Shown here in pieces: positions 39,975 to 49,994 of a DNA stretch of 64,000 nucleotides. A program made the position numbers and the translations under genes. A model generated the notes under the pieces. That model had not been told where the DNA came from. It worked only from the letters and a program-made list of their open reading frames with translations, and made no database searches. The DNA comes from Promethearchaeota archaeon (GTDB lineage: Archaea; Asgardarchaeota; Lokiarchaeia; Sigyniarchaeales; SOKP01), in NCBI GenBank assembly GCA_019058295.1, contig JAHPZI010000015.1, positions 32,001 through 96,000 of the forward strand. Reading direction: 5' to 3'. How positions within the stretch are numbered: position 1 is the first letter of the stretch; every line of letters begins with the position of its first letter.

Positions 39975-42473
39975 TTAAGTATCTTTTATATTTTTGAATA
40001 AAGCAGATAATTTCTCTTTAATTGAGTTCACTATATTCTTAAAATCATTAATAAGCGGATTAACTTCTTTTGATATTTCAGAATCTAGTTGGATTGCTTT
40101 TTCAATGTATTCTATTGCTTTGTAGTACTCATTATCATCGTAATAAACTCTTGCTATCCACAAATATGCTTTAGCATAATCCGGTTTCAAATCTGTCGCT
40201 TTTTTATAACTTTCAATTGCTTCATTCGATTTGTTTTGTTCTTTAAACACATTACCCTTTCGATACCACGCAAGTGCATATTCAGGATCTTTCTCTATTG
40301 CCTCATCAAGTGATTTTAACGCATTATCATAATCCTTTTTCAATTCAAAAGCTAAGCCTCTGTCAGATAATGCACCAGCATAATCAGGATCTAGTTTAAT
40401 TGCTTTATCAAACTGTTCAATCGCTTTATCATATTCTTCTTTCTTAATTAACGCATTTCCTAGGTTTACATAAGATTCTACATAGGAATTATCAAGATTA
40501 ATAGCTTTTTGACAATATTCAATGGCAATATCGAATTTACCATTATCTATATCTTGTTTTACTTTATTATCAAGTTCCTCTTCATATTGTAATTTTATTT
40601 TTCTTATTTCTTCAGTTTGAATGTCATTATCTTTTATCCTTTCTGTAATATCTAAAGAAGTGTCGTATTTAGTATAGGCATCATCAAATTTATTTTGTTT
40701 CGCCAGAAGATTACCAAATCCAGTTACAGTAAAAATAATTTTCTTTAATTCTTCATCTCTCACAGCGGAATATTCAATAACATCCGTTAATTTCAATGCA
40801 TTATCAATTTCTTTTCCCGCGCCATCAAAATCATTTTGGTCTCCTTTTACAATACTCTGTTCAATCACTAATTTTATAAGATTCGAATAGACTACATCGA
40901 TATCATGTTTCACATCTTCAATCTTTTTCCTCCTTCTTTCAGCATCAGTGATCGTATTTGCTCGGTCTAACTCCTTCTTAAGATCGTCAAGTTGTTGTTC
41001 ATACTTCTTTTGCTCTTCCGAGACAAACCCTGTAGCAACAACTCCTTTCATCTCTGCTTGGTACAATAAATTTTTAATTTTAGCAATTTCCCTTTCCATT
41101 TCATCCGAAACATACATTTTATTAGAAATACTTTTCGCCTCGTTGAAAATATCCGTCGCATCGTCAAATTTCTTTTGATTCAAGAGATCTTTTCCCTTAT
41201 CTAATATATCATCAATTTGGGCAGAATATACTTGATTTATCCTTTTTTTGATATCTTCCATTTCAACATTTTCACTTTCGTCATATACCATATACTTTGC
41301 GATGCTCATGGCGGAATACATTTCACTAGTAGCTTTTTCATATTCCTTTTCTTCTATAAATTGAATCCCCGCATCTTTTCTAACTTTAATTCCAGCTGAA
41401 CATGTTTTATCGATTAAATTGATAATTTGATCTAATTGACTATTTTTTTCATCAGAATCTACCATTTCTTTAGCAATGTCTAATGCTTTATTAAATATAC
41501 CGGCAGCCTCATTGACTTTTGGAACTGATTCCTCATAATTTTTCTCTTCCGTTATAAGGATTCCCTTTTCTTTTATCGATTTTATGTTCTCAACTAATAA
41601 AGGATTAATTAATTCACCAATTGCCTTAAATTCAGTATTCTTTTGATTAGAATCAAACATCTTGTTTCCAATATCTATTGCTTTCTTTAGTTTGTTAATT
41701 GCTTCCTCAGAGTTATTCTGTTCTATTGATTCTTTTCCACTCGTTAGTATTGGTTCTATTTGTTTTGAATGTATTTCATTAATTAAATCCTTAATATTCG
41801 ATATTTCAGATTCTTTTAAATCCGATTCATACATTTTCTCTGCCAATTGCATAGCATTTTCGTAAGTTTTAATTGCTTCTTCAAACTTTTCGCTCTCTTT
41901 TGACTGATTACCTTGATCCACCGTTATTTTAATTTTATCAGAAAAAGTTTGATTAACTTGATTTTTTATATTAGCAATCTCTTCATCTTTGCGTTTAGAA
42001 CTTTCAATTTTATCAGCATCATTCAATGCTTTTTGTAATGTTTCAATCGCTTTATCAAATTCTTGGTCGTCTTTTAATTTTTTACCTTCTTCTATTAAAA
42101 TTTTTACTTCTACTATACTTATTTCGTATTTAACTTTACTGATTTCTGAATCTTTTAAAGTTGCATCGTCAATATTACCGGCAACATCAATAGCATATTT
42201 TAATTTCTTAATTGCCTCGTCAAATTCTTTTTTTTCTACCAATTGCATTGTTTGTTCTATTACATCATTTATTTCAGCAGAATGAGTTTGGTTTATTTTA
42301 GTTGTTATATTACTTACTTCAACTTCTCGATCTTCCATACCGGTAGCTTTCACGCGTAGATATGTTATTCCTTCCCTATATTTCCTAACGGCTTCTTTAT
42401 AATTTTTTTTATTTTTTAAATTATCAGCTTCTTTTAAAATAGGAGTTAATTTTTTTAACGTTTTTTTGTCCAT
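39975..42473 (-). CDS. Large TPR/alpha-solenoid repeat protein
   Basis: Canonical C-terminal TPRs (YVNLGNAL, AWYRKG, AYLWIA; 'AIKLDPDY'); longer helical repeats in the N-terminal part. Confidence 0.9.
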   Translation of the reverse strand: MDKKTLKKLTPILKEADNLKNKKNYKEAVRKYREGITYLRVKATGMEDREVEVSNITTKINQTHSAEINDVIEQTMQLVEKKEFDEAIKKLKYAIDVAGNIDDATLKDSEISKVKYEISIVEVKILIEEGKKLKDDQEFDKAIETLQKALNDADKIESSKRKDEEIANIKNQVNQTFSDKIKITVDQGNQSKESEKFEEAIKTYENAMQLAEKMYESDLKESEISNIKDLINEIHSKQIEPILTSGKESIEQNNSEEAINKLKKAIDIGNKMFDSNQKNTEFKAIGELINPLLVENIKSIKEKGILITEEKNYEESVPKVNEAAGIFNKALDIAKEMVDSDEKNSQLDQIINLIDKTCSAGIKVRKDAGIQFIEEKEYEKATSEMYSAMSIAKYMVYDESENVEMEDIKKRINQVYSAQIDDILDKGKDLLNQKKFDDATDIFNEAKSISNKMYVSDEMEREIAKIKNLLYQAEMKGVVATGFVSEEQKKYEQQLDDLKKELDRANTITDAERRRKKIEDVKHDIDVVYSNLIKLVIEQSIVKGDQNDFDGAGKEIDNALKLTDVIEYSAVRDEELKKIIFTVTGFGNLLAKQNKFDDAYTKYDTSLDITERIKDNDIQTEEIRKIKLQYEEELDNKVKQDIDNGKFDIAIEYCQKAINLDNSYVESYVNLGNALIKKEEYDKAIEQFDKAIKLDPDYAGALSDRGLAFELKKDYDNALKSLDEAIEKDPEYALAWYRKGNVFKEQNKSNEAIESYKKATDLKPDYAKAYLWIARVYYDDNEYYKAIEYIEKAIQLDSEISKEVNPLINDFKNIVNSIKEKLSALFKNIKDT

Positions 42474-42573
42474 TATTTATTCGCTCAAGTTTTTATTGTG
42501 TAAATTTTTAATTATTAAATATTATTAAATATTTTTTATTATTTTTTCTCCTTAATTCTTTTTAAATAGCAAT

Positions 42574-43725
42574 TCAGTCAGTAAAGTAGAGATGTTCGTC
42601 AAAACCCGTCTCTGCAACAAGATCTTGACCTAATTTCTGAATAGCACGCTTGGTTGGATTTTGTAGTATACGCCTTGCGATATTTATGACTTTCGCTAAT
42701 TTTACATCCTTAAACTCTATGATTATTTTATCGTATCGAGAAAAGTCTATTCCTGCGGTATATACACCAGCTTGACCGCGGTTTGCCTGAGAAGAAACCT
42801 GCCAATGCTCGACTTTAAGTTCAATTGCGCTAAGTAAATGGCTACAAAAGAACCATTCTAAGAAAAGAATAAGTCTTCTTGATTTTCTCTTAGTTTGCCT
42901 TAATACTTTAAAGGCAAGATTTAATCTATCAGGATGAATTTGTTTTAGGACTCTCTCATATTGGATTGTCATTTTGTCTCTAACATGTTCTTTTATATTC
43001 CGTATTATCTCGTCAACTTTTGTAGCTCTTTCTTCAGAGATCTCTTGATGTAGTGAATTTATATGCTTCTCAATCGCATCTTGAATCCCTTCACGTCGGT
43101 CTATCGAAAAATCCCTAGGTCGTGTAGAACGTGAACTACCTATCCCTTGTTGAAGTTCCGAAGGTGTAGAATAAATTTCTCTTTTTGGGAGGCTAAATAA
43201 TTCATCCAATTTTGAAGGGTCATCCCTTACTTCTGCAAATTTTTCTTCAATTTCATCTTTAGAGTATCCCTGATTATAAAGATAAAAAGCAGCGCTAGAA
43301 AGTTGGTTCTCCAAGGCTTGACCTTCCTCGTATCCTCCAACAAAATCGTTTTCTAATTGTTCATACGACAAATTGCCAATTTCCTCCTCAGTAATTTCTT
43401 TTAATTTAAGACCATCAATTTTAGTAAGGATGTATTCGATTTGTTTGGGATTCAACATATTCAAATTCCCCGTAGGACCAACCATAAATGAAACTAATTC
43501 CATTTTTAATAGAATATTGTCTATATCTTTTTGGGTTTTTCCTTTTGATATTATTAAGAAATGTTCTAGAAATTTTTTATTAAATCCGGCAATTATTTTA
43601 AGCGCCCTATCATCAAATTTATTTAAATGATTGGTCAATTGATCTATGGGCAGATCTCCAGGAAGATCGATCTCAAAAACCATTAAATTATCAATAATCA
43701 TATAAATATAGTCTGATCTCTGCAT
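42574..43725 (-). CDS. Hypothetical protein
   Basis: 383-aa ORF; no family recognised. Confidence 0.75.
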   Translation of the reverse strand: MQRSDYIYMIIDNLMVFEIDLPGDLPIDQLTNHLNKFDDRALKIIAGFNKKFLEHFLIISKGKTQKDIDNILLKMELVSFMVGPTGNLNMLNPKQIEYILTKIDGLKLKEITEEEIGNLSYEQLENDFVGGYEEGQALENQLSSAAFYLYNQGYSKDEIEEKFAEVRDDPSKLDELFSLPKREIYSTPSELQQGIGSSRSTRPRDFSIDRREGIQDAIEKHINSLHQEISEERATKVDEIIRNIKEHVRDKMTIQYERVLKQIHPDRLNLAFKVLRQTKRKSRRLILFLEWFFCSHLLSAIELKVEHWQVSSQANRGQAGVYTAGIDFSRYDKIIIEFKDVKLAKVINIARRILQNPTKRAIQKLGQDLVAETGFDEHLYFTD

Positions 43726-43811
43726 GTGCTTCCTGTATTTATTTTATTACAACTAATCAAAATGAATTTATTTAATAATGAAAGTATTAATATTAATTTT
43801 TTACTTATTCC

Positions 43812-44264
43812 TTATTTTCGATATTTTTTAGCTATCTGTCTCGCGAGATTCATTTGTTCCTTCGTTTCTAAACTACAGGGTCTAAATTTCCGGATCCACT
43901 TTACAGGGTCCATCCCATTAGGAATATGTCCATTAAAAGCCGCCCATGCTACTACCATTATACCAGTCCTTCCACAACCTGCTACACAATGGACTGCTAT
44001 AGGATCTCCGATCTTATTATGTTTGTCTGTAATATTGAGAAATTTTTCTAATTGAGAATTTGTAGGTGTGCCATAATCTGGAATATTTATATGATAATAT
44101 TTAAAGGACTTAGAGATTTCTCGTTTATTATCGAACTCTGAACAATTCACCACAACTTTTATTCCTTCCTTTTTGTATATCTCTATTTCACGAGAATCAG
44201 GCCACCAACCTGCAGCTAATTTATTCTTGACGATCCACGTAAAGGGGGTTGTTCTTTCAGGCAT
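43812..44264 (-). CDS. Dual-specificity/protein-tyrosine phosphatase (CDC14/DUSP23-like); may start upstream at ATA 44294
   Basis: IPDYGTP acid loop; VHCVAGCGRTG (CX5R); RPCSLETKEQ. Confidence 0.92.
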   Translation of the reverse strand: MPERTTPFTWIVKNKLAAGWWPDSREIEIYKKEGIKVVVNCSEFDNKREISKSFKYYHINIPDYGTPTNSQLEKFLNITDKHNKIGDPIAVHCVAGCGRTGIMVVAWAAFNGHIPNGMDPVKWIRKFRPCSLETKEQMNLARQIAKKYRK

Positions 44265-44430
44265 CCCCCCCTTAGGCCAATACCAAGGACGTATTTTAAT
44301 TTCCTCCTTTTCATTTGATTTTTTTAATAATGAAGGTAACTAACAAAAACTTAATTAAAATTTTTATTTTTCGATACATTAAGACGCAATTTAATATTAA
44401 TGTAGATTATAGAAATGGAAAAAAAAAAGA

Positions 44431-46941
44431 TTAATTAATATTATTATTAAATTCATAGTCAATAAATTCATAGTCATCTCTTTTCTTACGAGCTGCTTTT
44501 ATTCCAAAGATCGTAATTATTATCACTGCTGCGATGCAACTACCTATAATAAGCAAACCAAGAGGGCTTAAAAGAAATTCTAATAGAGTCATTTCATCCA
44601 CACCTCCTCCGTTGTCATCATCTTCTTCATCCAGAGGCAGAACTTGTCCAATCGCTTTAATTACTATGAAAAATTTTCCATTATGGGGTGCTTTAAAACT
44701 AATTAATTCATTTTTTCCTGTTATTGATGAAGTAGCTGTAGCAATTGGCTCCGGTTCACCATAAATATTAGGTGTATTGTTATAAAGATGTAAATCATAA
44801 TCTCTCCCTACTGGAACTGACAATTGAAATGAATAAAGTTTATCCTTTTCAAGATTGACATATCCGGCATAGGCATGTTTACTATACGGATCTTCATTTG
44901 AAGCCTTAAGAGTAGTAGGTACAATTATAGTAGAATTTATAAAATCGGTTAAATTATTTGTCCAAGCTTCAATGGCAGCATCAATATTTAATCTTCCATA
45001 ACCTTCATGTACATCTTTTCCGCCTCGATCTAGAGTAGGGCTATAAGCTTGGTCATAATTTCTTTCCAAAGGATAAGTTTCTGTAGCTGTCATAAGTAGT
45101 ATTGATTTAACCAACTTTGATTTATTTCCATCAGCCCAATTCCAACTATTGCCTCCACCCATTGCTTGAATTAATAGATTGGCAGCGCCTGCTACAACAG
45201 GACAGGACATTGATGTCCCTTGAGTTCCCATTAAGTCATTACTAAAATCATCAGGATTAACACCTTCAGCGTCATTATCATTTGTATCTGCAGAAAACAT
45301 TTGAAGAACATAGGCACTCCCACCTGGAGCTGTTATATCAGGTTTAGTGGTTTTTTCGGTACTTGATTTACCCCCTTGGCTACTATAGACGGTAATTTGA
45401 TCATCAATTGTATTGGCAGCAACTGTAATAACATAATCTGCATCTCCAGGCGAATTGATCTTATTTCCGCCTGTATCACTATTTCCAGCGGATGCTACAG
45501 CAACAATCCCCTTTTCAACGGCATTATTCACAGCATCAATTAAACCAGTTTCATCATCATTAAATCCAAAACTCATAGATATAACAGTAATATTATGAAC
45601 TTCTCGATTAAGAATGCACCATTCAATACCCATTATCGCATCCGATAACGTTACCGCATATACACCTCCTCCGTGCTTATTAAATATTTTTACACCTACT
45701 AAATTAGCATTTGGAGCAACACCTTTCCAAATATTACCGCTTCCATAATCTGAAGGATTATTATTCCAATGAACTTCTGCTTCAACAGTAAAATTTGCAT
45801 TATTGCATTTAGTGCCAGCATCACCCCCATCATTAAATATAATCAAAGCATATACACTGTAAATCCCTAATTGGCTACTAGAAGTGATATCATATGTTAT
45901 ATTATTTTTCCAATCTCCTGGTGTACCTTTCCCAATATAAGTTAAATCAACACCTTTTTGTTCAAGGTAAAAATAAGCTGATACGTAATCGGTAGATGGA
46001 GTAGAATCATTAAAGGTGCATTCAATTTCCATCCCACCTAAAGAATCTACTTTGAATGTGCTAATAATAGGTAGATATCGATCTCCATCATCAGGATCTT
46101 CAGCTGGCAGCAAATCTGTTAAATCAAGATAAATGGAATTTGTAGAAACTGTTCTTCCCTCTCCATCTTTATTTGAAGCACCTAAACCTGCTGCTATTCC
46201 CGCAACATGAGTTCCATGACCATTATCATCATATGCGGAAGAATTATCTCCACCAGGTGTAAAATCAACCCATGCAACGACTTTTCCTGTTGAAGAATTA
46301 TCAAAAAATGTGTGTTCTTCATCAATTCCAGTATCTAAAATTGCAATTGCACTATGATTATCTCCAGTATAATTAAGTGTATTCCACACATAAGGGCGGA
46401 GTCTCAGATTTCGAGAAGTATAATATAAATGTGCACTACCCTTCTCGTCCCCTTCAATTAAAAATGGAACGTCATAATCTCTTAGTTGATTATAAAAATT
46501 CAAAAAATTATCATAATTAAGACTTCCGGCAAAACCATTAATCGCAGCATTATATTTATATTTAACAATTCCTCCATTATTTTCAAAGAGAGAAATGGCT
46601 GGTGAATAATTATACTTATCACGGAATTGAACTATTATTCTAATTTCTTCATTAAGTTTATTTTTAGTCGAAAGGATTTCTTCGAATCGGTCGGTTATTC
46701 CATTTTTATTTCCATCTGTATTTTCCCAATTATTTATATTAGATTGAATGGAACCAATATTAATATCTTCAATTTGTTCAGATAAGCTCGATACTAAGTT
46801 TAAATCCTCTGTAATTGAATAATCCCCGCCAAAGTCATTATATTCATGAACTATAAAGGTTGGAAAAAAACATGTAAAAATAAGTAGAAGAAGTGATAGA
46901 TTTATTTTCCTGCGTTTTTCAAAATTTAAAGCTATCATCAT
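44431..46941 (-). CDS. Membrane-anchored S8 subtilisin-like serine peptidase
   Basis: N-terminal signal/TM, I9-like prodomain (INGFAG), ILDTGID, HGTHVAG, GTSMSCP, PPC-like domain (DYDLHLY), C-terminal TM plus basic cluster. Confidence 0.94.
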   Translation of the reverse strand: MMIALNFEKRRKINLSLLLLIFTCFFPTFIVHEYNDFGGDYSITEDLNLVSSLSEQIEDINIGSIQSNINNWENTDGNKNGITDRFEEILSTKNKLNEEIRIIVQFRDKYNYSPAISLFENNGGIVKYKYNAAINGFAGSLNYDNFLNFYNQLRDYDVPFLIEGDEKGSAHLYYTSRNLRLRPYVWNTLNYTGDNHSAIAILDTGIDEEHTFFDNSSTGKVVAWVDFTPGGDNSSAYDDNGHGTHVAGIAAGLGASNKDGEGRTVSTNSIYLDLTDLLPAEDPDDGDRYLPIISTFKVDSLGGMEIECTFNDSTPSTDYVSAYFYLEQKGVDLTYIGKGTPGDWKNNITYDITSSSQLGIYSVYALIIFNDGGDAGTKCNNANFTVEAEVHWNNNPSDYGSGNIWKGVAPNANLVGVKIFNKHGGGVYAVTLSDAIMGIEWCILNREVHNITVISMSFGFNDDETGLIDAVNNAVEKGIVAVASAGNSDTGGNKINSPGDADYVITVAANTIDDQITVYSSQGGKSSTEKTTKPDITAPGGSAYVLQMFSADTNDNDAEGVNPDDFSNDLMGTQGTSMSCPVVAGAANLLIQAMGGGNSWNWADGNKSKLVKSILLMTATETYPLERNYDQAYSPTLDRGGKDVHEGYGRLNIDAAIEAWTNNLTDFINSTIIVPTTLKASNEDPYSKHAYAGYVNLEKDKLYSFQLSVPVGRDYDLHLYNNTPNIYGEPEPIATATSSITGKNELISFKAPHNGKFFIVIKAIGQVLPLDEEDDDNGGGVDEMTLLEFLLSPLGLLIIGSCIAAVIIITIFGIKAARKKRDDYEFIDYEFNNNIN

Positions 46942-47162
46942 ATTTTTTCTACCTTAATTTATATCTTTGATTTCATTGAATAAAGTTTTTGATTTTATAT
47001 TTTTTATAATAATAAGATAATTTCCTTATAATTATTTCTCAATTATAAATTAATTATAGTAGAATGTAGAATTTTAAAATATAAAAATAAGAAGTAAACT
47101 AATTACAATTAAACAAATTTTATTATTAAACACTAATTTAAAAAAAATAAAATAGAAAAATC

Positions 47163-47633
47163 ATGGATAAAAGAGACAAGCTTACTGTATTTGATACGAG
47201 AAAATATCCAGTTCGTCCACATGTGGGAGTTGGGATTTTATTAATTAGGAATAATCATCTACTTTTAGTTAAAAGAAAATACGATCCAGATGCGGGTTAT
47301 TGGTCAATTCCTGGGGGTCATTTAGAACTTGGTGAGAGAGTTCAAACTGCCGCTGAGCGAGAAGGTTTTGAAGAAACAGGACTTAAAGTAAAAGTTTCTA
47401 AGTTAGCCGGAATTATTGATAAAATTATGTATGATGACTTAGGAGAAATTGAATATCATTATGTATTAATTAATTATTTTGTAGAACAAATCGAAGGCAA
47501 ATCAGATCAACCACCTAAAGCTGCGTCCGATGCTCTTGAGGCTAAGTTTGTACCTTTTGAGGAGCTAAAAAAATACAAATTAACAGTTTCCTTAATCGAA
47601 CTTTTAAAACAATTAAAGATTGGATTCGATTAA
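47163..47633 (+). CDS. NUDIX hydrolase (ADP-ribose pyrophosphatase-like)
   Basis: WSIPGGHLELGERVQTAAEREGFEETGL Nudix box. Confidence 0.92.
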   Translation: MDKRDKLTVFDTRKYPVRPHVGVGILLIRNNHLLLVKRKYDPDAGYWSIPGGHLELGERVQTAAEREGFEETGLKVKVSKLAGIIDKIMYDDLGEIEYHYVLINYFVEQIEGKSDQPPKAASDALEAKFVPFEELKKYKLTVSLIELLKQLKIGFD

Positions 47634-47769
47634 GTATTGAAATTGAAAAAAAAATTTGATTTTAATTTTAATAAATAAGCCAAAAAAATATAACTCTTCT
47701 ATTACTATTTTGAAATAAGTAATAAGTTCATAAGATAAGATTATTAAAATTTGCTTAAGGTCTTAAGAT

Positions 47770-49098
47770 TTGTCCTCGTTGATGAAATTAGCCAAAGACG
47801 GAAAAATTACTAAAGAAATGGAGATTGTTGCCAAGAATGAACAGGTAGATGTGGATTTCATCCTTCGAGGAATAGCTAAAGGGAGAATAATAATTCCTAG
47901 ATCAAATAGGCGCGGCGAGTTGAAACCACCAATAGGCATTGGTAAAGGATTACTTGTAAAAATTAACGCTAACATTGGCTCATCGAAAACGATTTGCGAT
48001 ATAGAAGCAGAAGTCGAGAAAGCAAAAACTGCCGTAAAATTTGGAGCTGACACGGTAATGGATTTGAGTACCGGTGTTACAGAGGCAGATGTAAAAAACA
48101 TTAGAAAACGAATTCTCAGTGAAATCAAGGTTCCTTTAGGGACAGTTCCAATTTATCAGTCTGCTTTAAGGGCACTTGAAAATAAAGGTGCCATCATTCA
48201 TATGGATGAAGATGATCTTTTTAATGTTGTAGAGGAGCAAGCTAAAGAAGGAGTAGATTTCTTTACCATTCATGTTGGAGTAACAAAAGAGATAATAAAT
48301 TATTTAGAAAACCATCCGCGAACAATGGGCATAGTTTCAAGAGGTGGAACTTTCATAGCGTCTTGGATTCTAAGAAACGACATGGAAAATCCTTTTAATA
48401 GACGATACGACTATTTACTGGAAATGGCGAAAGAATACGATTTCACCTTATCCTTAGGTGATGGATTGCGACCTGGGTGTATATTTGACTCCACTGATTA
48501 TGTCCAAATACAAGAGCTACTTGAAATCTCAAAATTAGTAAAGCGTGCTTGGAAAAAGAACATCCAGGTTATGGTAGAAGGACCAGGACATATTCCGGCT
48601 AATGAAATTGAGAGAAATATTACCATGCAAAAATCACTATGCGATGAAGCACCTTTTTATGTTTTAGGACCACTCGTAACTGATATTGCACCAGGATACG
48701 ATGATCTTGTAAGCGCAATTGGAGGCACAATTGCCGGTTTAGCTGGAGCCGATTATCTATGCTATGTTACTCCTTCAGAGCATTTAGGTTTACCAAACAA
48801 AGAAGAAGTTAAGAGAGGAGTAATCGCTTCTAAAATCGCTGCTCACGCAGTTAATATTGCTAGATATGGTAAAAGAGCATCAAGTTGGGATTATAAAATG
48901 GATATTGCTCGAAAAAATCTTGACTGGGAAGAAATGATAAACCAGTCGATTGATCCAGAATTATCACACGAAATTCATTATCGGGATGGGAGCGCTCCAG
49001 AAGATAAAGAATGTTCAATGTGCGGAAGGTTTTGTGCAATTAAGATTTTAAAAGAAGCTTTAGAGAAAAAAAGATCGACATCAAAGAAGATTTTATAA
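47770..49098 (+). CDS. thiC: Phosphomethylpyrimidine synthase
   Basis: KINANIGSS, GADTVMDLST, GTVPIYQ, VSRGG, SLGDGLRPG, EGPGH, CYVTPSEHLGLP, CSMCGRFC; next to thiD. Confidence 0.95.
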   Translation: MSSLMKLAKDGKITKEMEIVAKNEQVDVDFILRGIAKGRIIIPRSNRRGELKPPIGIGKGLLVKINANIGSSKTICDIEAEVEKAKTAVKFGADTVMDLSTGVTEADVKNIRKRILSEIKVPLGTVPIYQSALRALENKGAIIHMDEDDLFNVVEEQAKEGVDFFTIHVGVTKEIINYLENHPRTMGIVSRGGTFIASWILRNDMENPFNRRYDYLLEMAKEYDFTLSLGDGLRPGCIFDSTDYVQIQELLEISKLVKRAWKKNIQVMVEGPGHIPANEIERNITMQKSLCDEAPFYVLGPLVTDIAPGYDDLVSAIGGTIAGLAGADYLCYVTPSEHLGLPNKEEVKRGVIASKIAAHAVNIARYGKRASSWDYKMDIARKNLDWEEMINQSIDPELSHEIHYRDGSAPEDKECSMCGRFCAIKILKEALEKKRSTSKKIL

Positions 49099-49160
49099 AT
49101 TAAGTTAATATACTTTCTTTTTACTATTATGCTTTGAAATATTAAATTGAGTGAATTTAA

Positions 49161-49994
49161 ATGAAAAAAGTTTTAACGATTGCAGGTTCAGATTCAGGTG
49201 GAGGTGCTGGGATTCAAGCTGATTTAAAAACTTTTTCTGCTCGAGGGGTTTTCGGTATGAGTGCGATTACGGCACTTACAGCTCAAAATACCATAGGAGT
49301 TAATGGGGTTTTTGAAATAGATCCTAAATTTGTGGCAAAACAAATTGATTCGATAATGTCTGATATGGGGGCTGACGCTTGGAAAACTGGTATGCTTTCA
49401 AATGCTGAGATTATACAGATCGTGGCAGATCGCGCAACTAAGTATAATATTAAGCTTTTAATAATTGATCCTGTTATGGTCGCAAAAGGCGGTGATCCGC
49501 TATTGAAATCAGAGGCAACTTCTACTCTCATCTCTAAGCTTCTTCCCTTAGGATATGTTTTAACCCCCAATCTTCATGAAGCTAAAGTTTTAACAGGAAT
49601 TGATATAACAACAATAGAGGAAGCACAAGAATCCGCATTAAAGATTTTTGAGATGGGAGTTAAGAATGTGGTAATAAAAGGAGGACATTTACCAAATATC
49701 AATGAAGCTATTGATATTCTTTATGATGGAAACACTTTTACCGAATTTAGAGTGCCTCGTGTTAATACAAATAACACCCATGGCACAGGATGTACATTTG
49801 CTTCTGCATTAGCTGCAGAATTAGCAAAGGGAAATAATATAATAAAAGCAGTGCATATTGCTAAAGCATATTTAACCCAGGCAATTAAAAGTGCAGATGA
49901 TCTCCATATTGGAAAAGGTCATGGACCAACAGATCATTCTCAAGGAACTATCGTGGATGTTGATCTTTCTATTGTTAATGTGAGAGAATTATAA
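49161..49994 (+). CDS. thiD: Hydroxymethylpyrimidine/phosphomethylpyrimidine kinase
   Basis: TIAGSDSGGGAGIQADLKT, TAQNT, KTGML, DPVM, TPN, KGGH, THGTGC. Confidence 0.96.
   Translation: MKKVLTIAGSDSGGGAGIQADLKTFSARGVFGMSAITALTAQNTIGVNGVFEIDPKFVAKQIDSIMSDMGADAWKTGMLSNAEIIQIVADRATKYNIKLLIIDPVMVAKGGDPLLKSEATSTLISKLLPLGYVLTPNLHEAKVLTGIDITTIEEAQESALKIFEMGVKNVVIKGGHLPNINEAIDILYDGNTFTEFRVPRVNTNNTHGTGCTFASALAAELAKGNNIIKAVHIAKAYLTQAIKSADDLHIGKGHGPTDHSQGTIVDVDLSIVNVREL

Noticed and set aside
47163-47633. NUDIX gene as a thiamine damage-control enzyme
   Set aside because: Adjacency to thiC (136-bp gap) is the only support; the sequence looks like a generic ADP-ribose pyrophosphatase
47634-47769. TPP riboswitch upstream of thiC
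   Set aside because: The region is almost pure A/T and lacks the conserved CUGAGA core and pairing stems
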